Shown here: one piece after another, positions 1 to 5,022 of the stretch
Layout of the letters: each line of letters begins with the position of its first letter
Position numbering within the stretch: position 1 is the stretch's first letter
Origin: a virus
Lineage: Duplodnaviria > Heunggongvirae > Uroviricota > Caudoviricetes
DNA: 5,022 nt
Virus record (IMG/VR): IMGVR_UViG_2778261568_000005
Reading direction: 5' to 3' (one strand)
Position numbers and translations under genes: made by a program
The notes under the pieces: generated by a model
Seen by the model: the letters and a program-made list of their open reading frames with translations, nothing else
Told to the model about the DNA's origin: nothing
Databases searched by the model: none

Positions 1-203
1 TTGGTATACGTTTTACCGAGCATGATGTCTTTTCCTGTATGCCCGTGACATACAGTCCATACACCAACAATATCTTTATATGGTATGTAGCTGACACCTT
101 CCAGACCATCGTCACCACTCGGACCAGTGATGAGCACAGACGCTATGGCAACAGCCCCACCACCAATAGCAGCTGCTACAGCCTTGCGTAATGATGGCGA
201 CAT
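1..203 (-). CDS. rrrD: SAR endolysin (phage 21 R21 / DLP12 RrrD-type lysozyme), N-terminal 67 codons; continues beyond the left edge of the window
   Basis: Minus-strand translation from ATG at 203..201 gives [68 protein letters not shown], i.e. a Gly/Ala-rich signal-anchor-release segment followed by the start of a lysozyme catalytic region, as I recall for R21. The start overlaps the holin stop by 1 nt (TAATG). Confidence 0.85.
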   Translation of the reverse strand, partial: MSPSLRKAVAAAIGGGAVAIASVLITGPSGDDGLEGVSYIPYKDIVGVWTVCHGHTGKDIMLGKTYT

Positions 204-418
204 TATTCACCTCTCGCAGCCTTACGCTTATCTTCTTTAATCTTGAAATAAAGGTTTGTCAGATAAGTGAGAAAACCCAACACAAGGCTTCCAAGCACTC
301 CAATCGCCGCCCACTGTGACGGACTGACCTGATCAAGCCACTGTAAAAACCAGTAGCCAGCACTGCCTGCAGAGGTGCCGTAGGCAATGCCCGTTGTTAA
401 CTTGTCCATGGATTTCAT
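203..418 (-). CDS. essD: Class II holin / pinholin of the S21 (EssD) type, 71 aa
   Basis: ORF translation [71 protein letters not shown] closely matches my recollection of phage 21 S21. Dual-start motif Met1-Lys-Ser-Met4 (antiholin/holin), two hydrophobic segments, charged C-terminus. SD GGAGGTGA lies upstream of the ATG at 418. Immediately followed by the SAR endolysin. Confidence 0.9.
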   Translation of the reverse strand: MKSMDKLTTGIAYGTSAGSAGYWFLQWLDQVSPSQWAAIGVLGSLVLGFLTYLTNLYFKIKEDKRKAARGE

Positions 419-492
419 AGCCTCACCTCCGCGAATAACGGATGGTGTACACGGTTTGGAATGAAAGAGGGAAAGATACAGAAGTTACATTA

Positions 493-524
493 GAAAAGAA
501 AAACGCCAGCGATTATTCTGGCGT
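493..524 (-). terminator. Rho-independent terminator downstream of the AraC-family gene (minus strand)
   Basis: 7-bp stem ACGCCAG (503..509) / CTGGCGT (518..524), 8-nt loop, followed on the minus strand by UUUUCUUUUC (plus 502..493). Sits about 60 nt after the AraC stop and about 75 nt before the holin start. Confidence 0.6.
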
Positions 525-585
525 AGCTGAAAGCATCATATAATCATCAAATATGAAAATTACAAAATCATCAAAACGCATCACG

Positions 586-1317
586 TTACATCTTGCCTTT
601 TTCTAAAAAAAATCTTGATGAATATTCATGGGGGGGAACACCAAAATATCTTCTGAAAACACTTATAAAATATGACGCGCTTTCATAACCACATATTTTA
701 GCAACTTTCCCAACAGGATAGAAATTGTAGCTTAATAACCTTTCAGCCATCACCATTCGTTCTTCAAGAATTAATTTGCTAAATGATAAGCCTTCGTGTT
801 TTAGTTTTCTTTTTAACAAACTTTCACTCAGACATAGTCTTGAAGAAATATCACAAAGTCTCCATGCTGCAGATATGTCCGAGTGAATAATAGCCTTAAC
901 TTTGCTTCCTAAACTATTAAGACACCCAAACAAAAAACTCTGAAACATTTTTTCCGAGGATAAAATAGCAAGACATGCAAATAATATTGAATTTTTAACT
1001 ACAGCCGTAGTTTCACCATCACAATTCAAGCAACCTATCAAGTTCTTTAACAATGAATAGTCTGTACAGTTTACTATCAAGTATGCTGAATAAAATCTTC
1101 TTACAGAAAAAGGTGAGAGTGTATTGTTTTTAAAGAAGTCATTAACTGTTTTCTCTTCAATATCCACGATCATTATATTATCTTTATTTGAAGAAAAGAA
1201 AACTTTTAAATTGTATTCTATAGCAACAACACTTCCTTTTTTTAGAGAGATTTTTTCTTTACCAAGCCGGATATCAAACGAGTTCAAAACCAAAATGATA
1301 GAACATATGCATGGCAT
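586..1317 (-). CDS. AraC/XylS-family transcriptional regulator (about 243 aa), AT-rich, probably horizontally acquired
   Basis: ORF-track protein carries a C-terminal AraC-type HTH signature (...GYESASYFISVFRRYFGVPPHEY...) with overall architecture like the Rns/AppY/GadX group. I place the start at ATG 1317..1315 because a GGTGG Shine-Dalgarno precedes it by 5 nt; the ORF track's start at 1326 is a GTG lying inside that SD. Base composition is visibly AT-rich by eye. Confidence 0.8.
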   Translation of the reverse strand: MPCICSIILVLNSFDIRLGKEKISLKKGSVVAIEYNLKVFFSSNKDNIMIVDIEEKTVNDFFKNNTLSPFSVRRFYSAYLIVNCTDYSLLKNLIGCLNCDGETTAVVKNSILFACLAILSSEKMFQSFLFGCLNSLGSKVKAIIHSDISAAWRLCDISSRLCLSESLLKRKLKHEGLSFSKLILEERMVMAERLLSYNFYPVGKVAKICGYESASYFISVFRRYFGVPPHEYSSRFFLEKGKM

Positions 1318-1326
1318 ACCATCCAC

Positions 1327-1635
1327 CTGACATAATTAGATTTGAGTTAAGTAAGTATAGGTGGAAATATTAAAATTGCCATATTTTCAATGAGAAAAAT
1401 CTCATTATATCATCATGAACTTTGATATTTTCTTTAAAATATTTATGTAATACTAGATTAAACAGAACTATTTTTGGCTTGCTTGATTATTAATCATTAA
1501 TTAACATATTAACATTACCTTAAGCATGAACCGAATTTTTTTACAAACTGTACAACTATAGATATCATAGTGAAGTTTTTACGATTGTAAACATTCTCTA
1601 AGGAGAAAATCATCTTGTTGGTGCATTCCAAACGC
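1327..1635 (-). promoter_or_regulatory. AT-rich intergenic/leader region, candidate promoter for the AraC-family gene
   Basis: About 310 bp of very AT-rich non-coding DNA between the YbgA-like stop and the AraC start. On the minus strand an extended -10 element TGaTATAAT maps to plus 1412..1404, with no convincing -35. AT-rich tracts with palindromic TTAATTAA-type motifs (about 1486..1510) are typical of H-NS-bound xenogeneic promoters. Assignment is by eye only. Confidence 0.3.
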
Positions 1636-2595
1636 CTAGTTCACCAAGAGTCTTAGAGCCAGTTCATCAGGATAGGGGTGGAAGTAATTCTGTATAAGCA
1701 AATAATCATCAGGATACTCTGCCAAGTAATGCTTCAGCAAAGTTAATGGCGCAAGAAGAGGTAGCGTGCCAGCTCGATAGTTAAGTATAACATCGCTCAA
1801 CTCTTTACGCTGACGTGTATTTAAGCAGTTACTAAAATATCCCTGTATATGCATCAGCACATTCGTGTGATTTTTACGTGATGCAGGTTTTCTGAGAATC
1901 GCCATCAGCTTCTCACGATACACCTCAAAGTATGATTCAAGGTCTGCCCACTCATGTATTGCAGCCACAAATGGCCCCATCTCTTTATAACCGGCCTGGC
2001 TATGCGCCAACAACTGAAGCTTATAACGGCTATGAAAAGCTAATAATTCCCTTCTTGATAATTTCGCTTTATAAAGATGATTGAGCTCATGTAAAGCAAA
2101 TACTCTTTCAACAAAGTTTTCACGAAGCACTGGATCATGTAGTCGCCCATCCTCTTCAACCGGTAGCCAGGAAAACCTTTCCATCAACGTGCTCGTAAAT
2201 AGTCCCACTCCATCTTTACGACCACGATTACCATTTTCATCATATACACGCACGCGTTCCATACCACAGCTAGGAGATTTTGCACAAACCACAAATCCCG
2301 ATACATCCTTTAATTTGTCAAGATAAGAACGACTAAACTCTGTCATTTTCTCTGTAACATCCTCATTCTGGTCGTGGCTGAAACACATCCGTATATTTCC
2401 TTGCGCCGAGCGAACAAGACGTAGAGCAGGACGCGGAACTGGAAGCCCTATAGCCATTTCCGGACATACTGGTTTGAATGTTACCCATTCCAGTAATTTG
2501 TCCATTAAAAAGCTAGCTCTTTTGTGACCACCATCAAAACGGACAGAAGAACCGGCCAAACAACCACTGATCCCAACGACAGGTTTTTTTATCAT
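1636..2595 (-). CDS. DUF523 (TudS-like, putative [4Fe-4S] thio-nucleobase desulfidase fold) fused to DUF1722 (YbgA-like), 319 aa
   Basis: ATG at 2595 preceded by an AAGGGG Shine-Dalgarno. N-terminal half has the conserved cysteines in DUF523-like contexts (GISGCLAG, KPVCPEM, AKSPSCGM); C-terminal half resembles the DUF1722 domain of E. coli YbgA. Domain assignment is from recollection of the family motifs, not from an HMM search. Confidence 0.7.
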   Translation of the reverse strand: MIKKPVVGISGCLAGSSVRFDGGHKRASFLMDKLLEWVTFKPVCPEMAIGLPVPRPALRLVRSAQGNIRMCFSHDQNEDVTEKMTEFSRSYLDKLKDVSGFVVCAKSPSCGMERVRVYDENGNRGRKDGVGLFTSTLMERFSWLPVEEDGRLHDPVLRENFVERVFALHELNHLYKAKLSRRELLAFHSRYKLQLLAHSQAGYKEMGPFVAAIHEWADLESYFEVYREKLMAILRKPASRKNHTNVLMHIQGYFSNCLNTRQRKELSDVILNYRAGTLPLLAPLTLLKHYLAEYPDDYLLIQNYFHPYPDELALRLLVN

Positions 2596-2787
2596 TGCCT
2601 ACCCCTTGACTAATTCATTAACAGGTTAACAGTGTAGTACACGACCTAAACTGCCTTTCTGCCGTCATCACTGACAATTTTTTTGTTATGGACTATTCCT
2701 AATATAGTAGGAAAGTTCTTTAAGTGATCGGTAGTAATCATCTATCTTTAATACTTACTCTCAACTATCAAAAGTACAGGATATATT
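2596..2787. promoter_or_regulatory. Divergent intergenic region between the YbgA-like gene (minus) and the lipocalin gene (plus)
   Basis: 192 bp non-coding spacer between two divergently oriented start codons, each with a plausible SD (AGGA 7 nt before ATG 2788; AAGGGG before ATG 2595). It must contain both promoters; no individual hexamers could be assigned with confidence. Confidence 0.35.
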
Positions 2788-3312
2788 ATGAAGTTATGGC
2801 CTGTGTTGACTGGCATTGCACTCTCTTTCACTCTGATAGCATGTAAGGCCCCGACACCACCTAAAGGTGTGCAGCCGATTACAAATTTTGACACCAACCG
2901 CTACCTCGGAAAATGGTATGAAATAGCTCGGCTTGAGAACCGATTTGAACGTGGTCTGGAACAGGTCAGCGCCACTTATGGGAAACGGAACGACGGAGGG
3001 ATTAGTGTACTTAATCGTGGATATGACCCAACGAAAAACAAATGGAGCGAGAGCGAAGGTAAAGCATACTTTACAGGAGATAATACAACTGCAGCGTTGA
3101 AGGTTTCGTTTTTTGGCCCCTTCTATGGTGGCTATAATGTAATCAAACTGGATGATGAGTATAAGTATGCTCTTGTCAGTGGTCCGAACAGAGAATACCT
3201 ATGGATTCTGGCACGGACTCCAACTATTCCAGATAATGTAAAAGCAGACTATGTGCGTACTGCTCAAAAATTGGGATTCAATGTCAATGAACTATTATGG
3301 GTCAAACAATAA
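2788..3312 (+). CDS. blc: Bacterial lipocalin, outer-membrane lipoprotein of the Blc family, 174 aa
   Basis: Translation aligns along its length with my recollection of E. coli Blc: signal peptide ending in a lipobox (TLIAC), then ...NFDTNRYLGKWYEIARLENRFERG...SEGKAYFTGD...ALKVSFFGPFYGGYNVI...YLWILARTPT.... Opposite strand to all phage genes. Confidence 0.85.
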   Translation: MKLWPVLTGIALSFTLIACKAPTPPKGVQPITNFDTNRYLGKWYEIARLENRFERGLEQVSATYGKRNDGGISVLNRGYDPTKNKWSESEGKAYFTGDNTTAALKVSFFGPFYGGYNVIKLDDEYKYALVSGPNREYLWILARTPTIPDNVKADYVRTAQKLGFNVNELLWVKQ

Positions 3313-3340
3313 AATACCTAACCGGATTGATACTTATTAG

Positions 3341-3368
3341 AAAAAAAACCAGCCTTTGGGGAGGCTGG
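3341..3368 (-). terminator. Strong rho-independent terminator downstream of Q (tR'-like); may also stop the convergent lipocalin transcript
   Basis: Stem CCAGCCT (3349..3355) / AGGCTGG (3362..3368), 6-nt loop, followed on the minus strand by eight U (plus 3341..3348 is A8). About 100 nt downstream of the Q stop, as expected for the terminator that Q-modified polymerase reads through. On the plus strand it is preceded by the A-tract and not followed by T, so termination of blc would be weaker. Confidence 0.7.
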
Positions 3369-3468
3369 CTAAATCAGGGAACAAGCTGTTATATGATCAT
3401 AACTACGTTGCGATTCTAACATTTGAAACATTAGTCTAATGATAACCAGACAGCAACTTTTCCTTTAA
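3369..3468 (-). promoter_or_regulatory. Candidate late promoter (pR'-like) and Q-utilisation region between Q and the terminator
   Basis: Position is the canonical one for pR'/qut in lambdoid phages. On the minus strand: candidate -35 TTGCTG (plus 3456..3451), 17-bp spacer, -10 TAATGT (plus 3433..3428), and a further -10-like hexamer TAGAAT (plus 3418..3413) in the initial transcribed region that could act as a sigma-dependent pause element. The exact hexamers are my inference and not a match to a remembered sequence. Confidence 0.4.
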
Positions 3469-3846
3469 TTATCTCAAACAATCAGCATCCATCTCCAATC
3501 TGAGATCCAACACCATCAGCATGCCCTCCACTACGCCCTCAGCTTTTTGGAGCATCCTGCCAATCCAACAATCAGATCTACCATGCTTACGCGCAAGCGC
3601 CATAAAAGTCATGCCGCCGACATAATAGTCCACTAACAAATCATGCAAATCGCTGTTGTTATTTTTCAGACGGGCCATGCACCCGCAAATGATCATCGCG
3701 TCATCGTCACAACATTGCGGGCGAGATTTTACTTTTGAAGGAATTAATCCCTTAAAACCGGCGGCAATGGACGACCAGGTCACATCTTCATGATTATTAG
3801 CCGCCCACGCTCCCCAACGCTCAAGAACCATCTGAATATCACGCAT
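3469..3846 (-). CDS. quuD: Late-gene antiterminator Q (phage 82/21 QuuD-type), 125 aa
   Basis: Translation [34 protein letters not shown]...[17 protein letters not shown]... matches my recollection of DLP12 QuuD / Q82. I use ATG 3846..3844 (GGAG SD 7 nt upstream); the ORF track's start at 3861 is a TTG adding 5 residues. Confidence 0.85.
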   Translation of the reverse strand: MRDIQMVLERWGAWAANNHEDVTWSSIAAGFKGLIPSKVKSRPQCCDDDAMIICGCMARLKNNNSDLHDLLVDYYVGGMTFMALARKHGRSDCWIGRMLQKAEGVVEGMLMVLDLRLEMDADCLR

Positions 3847-3931
3847 CAACTTACTCCACAAAAATCAGACCAGAACGCCAATTACAAGCAAAAATCAGCA
3901 AAACAGTATTAGTTGATTGTTATCTCTGACT

Positions 3932-4069
3932 TCATACTCCTGCTCCTGTCAGTGTTTTGGCGTAATTCTTCAGTATTCGGTAATCGGTCAAAACAGAACC
4001 GGGGAAACGATATAAGCGCAGACGCACCCAGCGGTGGCGAAGACGTTCTGCCATATAAAACTCAAACAT
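3932..4069 (-). CDS. ylcG: Small nin-region protein YlcG-like, 45 aa
   Basis: Not in the ORF track (below its length cut-off). Manual minus-strand translation from ATG 4069..4067 gives [45 protein letters not shown], stop TGA at 3934..3932. Its start overlaps the rusA stop by 1 nt. Size and position between rusA and Q match ylcG of DLP12; the sequence identity itself is inferred from synteny. Confidence 0.6.
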   Translation of the reverse strand: MFEFYMAERLRHRWVRLRLYRFPGSVLTDYRILKNYAKTLTGAGV

Positions 4070-4431
4070 CATTCATTCCCCATTTCGGTGATGGTCAATT
4101 CCAGCCTCCCACCTTTGGTAACAGGCATCTTCACAACGCGGTAATCAACGACCTGAGCATCATCCAGCCAGAAACCTGCTTTGGTGAGTGCGTCAAAAGC
4201 GGCTTTTTGCAGATTATCCAGGTCACGGCGACGGCGATCCGGCATGTGGCACTCAATGCGGATTTTCACAGGCATCGCCAGGCCGATATCCAGCATTGCG
4301 TTTTTAATGATTCGGGCGACGTTATCGCGGTATGCCTGCCCCTCTGCGCTGACGTGCGTGCGCCCGCGATTATGGCGATAATAGCGATTATTGCTCGGAG
4401 GCCAGGGTAGTGTGATGTGGTAAGTATTCAC
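4069..4431 (-). CDS. rusA: RusA Holliday-junction resolvase, 120 aa
   Basis: Translation [120 protein letters not shown] is essentially the E. coli RusA sequence as I recall it. Start codon is GTG (plus 4429..4431 = CAC), overlapping the upstream ybcO-like frame stop as GTGA. Confidence 0.92.
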   Translation of the reverse strand: MNTYHITLPWPPSNNRYYRHNRGRTHVSAEGQAYRDNVARIIKNAMLDIGLAMPVKIRIECHMPDRRRRDLDNLQKAAFDALTKAGFWLDDAQVVDYRVVKMPVTKGGRLELTITEMGNE

Positions 4432-4556
4432 GCCTTAATTACCCCCTCTTTCAGCCAGATAACCTGCGTTCTCGCCATACCTTCCCGCGCGCATTCTTTT
4501 GCATATGCAGCATCGACTTGCTTGGCATGCCCTTTACCGGCAATCTTCTGTATGCG
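4428..4556 (-). pseudogene. ybcO: ybcO-like (DUF1364, putative nuclease) 3' remnant, N-terminally disrupted
   Basis: Minus-strand frame ending at TGA 4430..4428 translates to ...[29 protein letters not shown], matching the C-terminus of DLP12 YbcO as I remember it, with the stop overlapping the rusA start exactly as in the ybcO-rusA arrangement. Upstream the frame is closed by TAG at 4559..4557 and 4565..4563, and the only in-frame ATG (4478..4476) would give 16 aa. YbcO is 96 aa as I recall, so this looks like a truncated remnant. Confidence 0.4.
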
Positions 4557-4637
4557 CTAAACCTAGATAGAATCCACTCTGTGCACATTGAAGCCCGCTC
4601 TATGCTTCCTTTCAGGTATTGAAGGGATTGAGATGGG

Positions 4638-4940
4638 CTAAGCATTATTGGCCTCCTGCATCAGGAGAAAGACAATAATGGCGGCGCGGAGAGGTCTGGT
4701 ATCAAATATTGGGCTTACGCCTTTTGCATCCACACACCATTCAGTTAACTGGTCTAAGATAGAAATCCTGTATTTCTCAATAATCGGCCATGAAGCGCTC
4801 GGATCATTGCAGTAGTCAGGCAAATGATTTAATGGCTCAAAAGTTGTATCAGCATTTCCGTAATACCATTTGTTGGTGTTATTCCCTGATGTTTCCGGTT
4901 TACTTGCCCAAAGGCCTTTAAAAATTATGTCTCCTACCAT
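4638..4940 (-). CDS. Hypothetical protein, 100 aa, unknown function
   Basis: Uninterrupted ORF from ATG 4940 to TAG 4640..4638 with reasonable codon appearance, sitting where ninE/ybcO would be in DLP12, but I do not recognise the sequence. No Shine-Dalgarno upstream of the ATG (an AGGAG lies just inside the ORF), and a stable hairpin ends 6 nt before the start, so the start is uncertain. Confidence 0.4.
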   Translation of the reverse strand: MVGDIIFKGLWASKPETSGNNTNKWYYGNADTTFEPLNHLPDYCNDPSASWPIIEKYRISILDQLTEWCVDAKGVSPIFDTRPLRAAIIVFLLMQEANNA

Positions 4941-4946
4941 TCTGTG

Positions 4947-4978
4947 TAAGCGTCAACGGAGCACCGTATTGACGCTTA
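4947..4978. other. Perfect 10-bp inverted repeat / hairpin between the upstream gene end and the 100-aa ORF
   Basis: TAAGCGTCAA (4947..4956) and TTGACGCTTA (4969..4978) are exact reverse complements around a 12-nt spacer that itself pairs (CGG...CCG). On the plus strand it is followed by TTTATTGG, so it is terminator-like for plus-strand transcripts; on the minus strand it lacks a U-tract. The stop codon (plus 4976..4978) of a minus-strand frame entering from the right edge lies in its right arm. Confidence 0.5.
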
Positions 4979-5022
4979 TTTATTGGTGAGTACTACGTTC
5001 CATGGCAGGAGTTCGTCAACTC

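Larger units (their letters stand above)
1..5022 (-). mobile_element. Segment of a lambdoid (phage 21/82, DLP12-like) prophage: end of nin region, Q, late promoter/terminator, cargo genes, start of lysis cassette
   Basis: Co-linear minus-strand order ybcO-remnant/rusA/ylcG/Q/.../holin/endolysin, each recognisable at the protein level and matching the known DLP12/phage 82 late-region synteny. Assignment is from recollection of the protein sequences, not from a search. Confidence 0.85.

Noticed and set aside
1318-1326. GTG start for the AraC-family ORF at 1326
   Set aside because: That GTG is part of the GGTGG Shine-Dalgarno serving the ATG at 1317, so it is unlikely to be the initiation codon.
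1124-1330. 68-aa plus-strand ORF
   Set aside because: Lies entirely antisense within the AraC-family gene in AT-rich sequence; no SD and no recognisable product. Most likely a chance open frame.
2081-2326. 81-aa plus-strand ORF
   Set aside because: Embedded antisense in the DUF523/DUF1722 gene; Ser/Thr/Pro-rich low-complexity translation typical of an antisense frame.
3847-3861. TTG start extending Q by 5 codons (MWSKL)
   Set aside because: The ATG at 3846 has a GGAG SD at ideal spacing and gives the N-terminus MRDIQ that I recall for QuuD-type Q proteins; the TTG extension has no SD.
3913-4410. 165-aa plus-strand ORF, and the nested 66-aa ORF at 4181..4381
   Set aside because: Both are antisense to the well-supported rusA and ylcG genes; their translations are Arg/Ala-rich artefacts of the opposite strand.
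4451-4645. 64-aa minus-strand ORF between the 100-aa ORF and rusA
   Set aside because: Its 3' half overlaps, out of frame, the region that translates as a YbcO-like C-terminus in another frame, and it is rich in rare codons (AGA, AGG, CTA, ATA). It overlaps the 100-aa ORF stop (ATGCTTAG). I consider it more likely a by-product of the disrupted ybcO region than a real gene, but a small real gene cannot be excluded without homology search.
4947-4978. Hairpin as an intrinsic terminator for the phage (minus-strand) operon
   Set aside because: On the minus strand the hairpin is followed by CACAGAAUGG with no U-tract, so it does not fit a rho-independent terminator in the direction of the phage genes.
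4976-5022. C-terminal 15 codons (...VDELLPWNVVLTNK*) of a minus-strand gene entering from the right edge
   Set aside because: Too short to identify or to confirm as coding; noted only because its stop codon sits in the hairpin arm.
1-5022. tRNA genes, CRISPR repeats, IS elements or attachment sites
   Set aside because: Looked for them because tRNA genes often sit between Q and cargo in EHEC phages. The only non-coding stretches (419..585, 1327..1635, 2596..2787, 3313..3468, 3847..3931) are too short or too AT-rich for a tRNA cloverleaf, and no regularly spaced direct repeats or terminal inverted repeats were seen.

Overview
This window reads as the late-control and lysis region of a lambdoid prophage of the phage 21/82 (E. 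coli DLP12-like) type, with all phage genes on the minus strand. Identifications rest on my recollection of protein families and on reading the sequence; no database search or computation was run. Reading right to left (the phage's transcription direction): a 15-codon end of an upstream gene, a hairpin, a 100-aa hypothetical ORF, a disrupted ybcO-like remnant, rusA (GTG start), ylcG, the Q antiterminator, a candidate pR'-type late promoter and a strong intrinsic terminator (tR'-like). Then, where lambdoid phages usually go straight into the lysis genes, there is about 2.8 kb of cargo: a Blc-type lipocalin lipoprotein on the opposite strand, a DUF523(TudS-like)/DUF1722 YbgA-like protein, and a markedly AT-rich AraC/XylS-family regulator followed by its own intrinsic terminator. 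The window ends with the S21-type pinholin and the first 67 codons of a SAR endolysin. The most interesting content is this three-gene cargo module sitting in the Q-S position (the site where Stx toxins and other lysogenic-conversion genes are carried), plus a mosaic junction upstream of rusA. No tRNA, rRNA, CRISPR array or IS element was seen.
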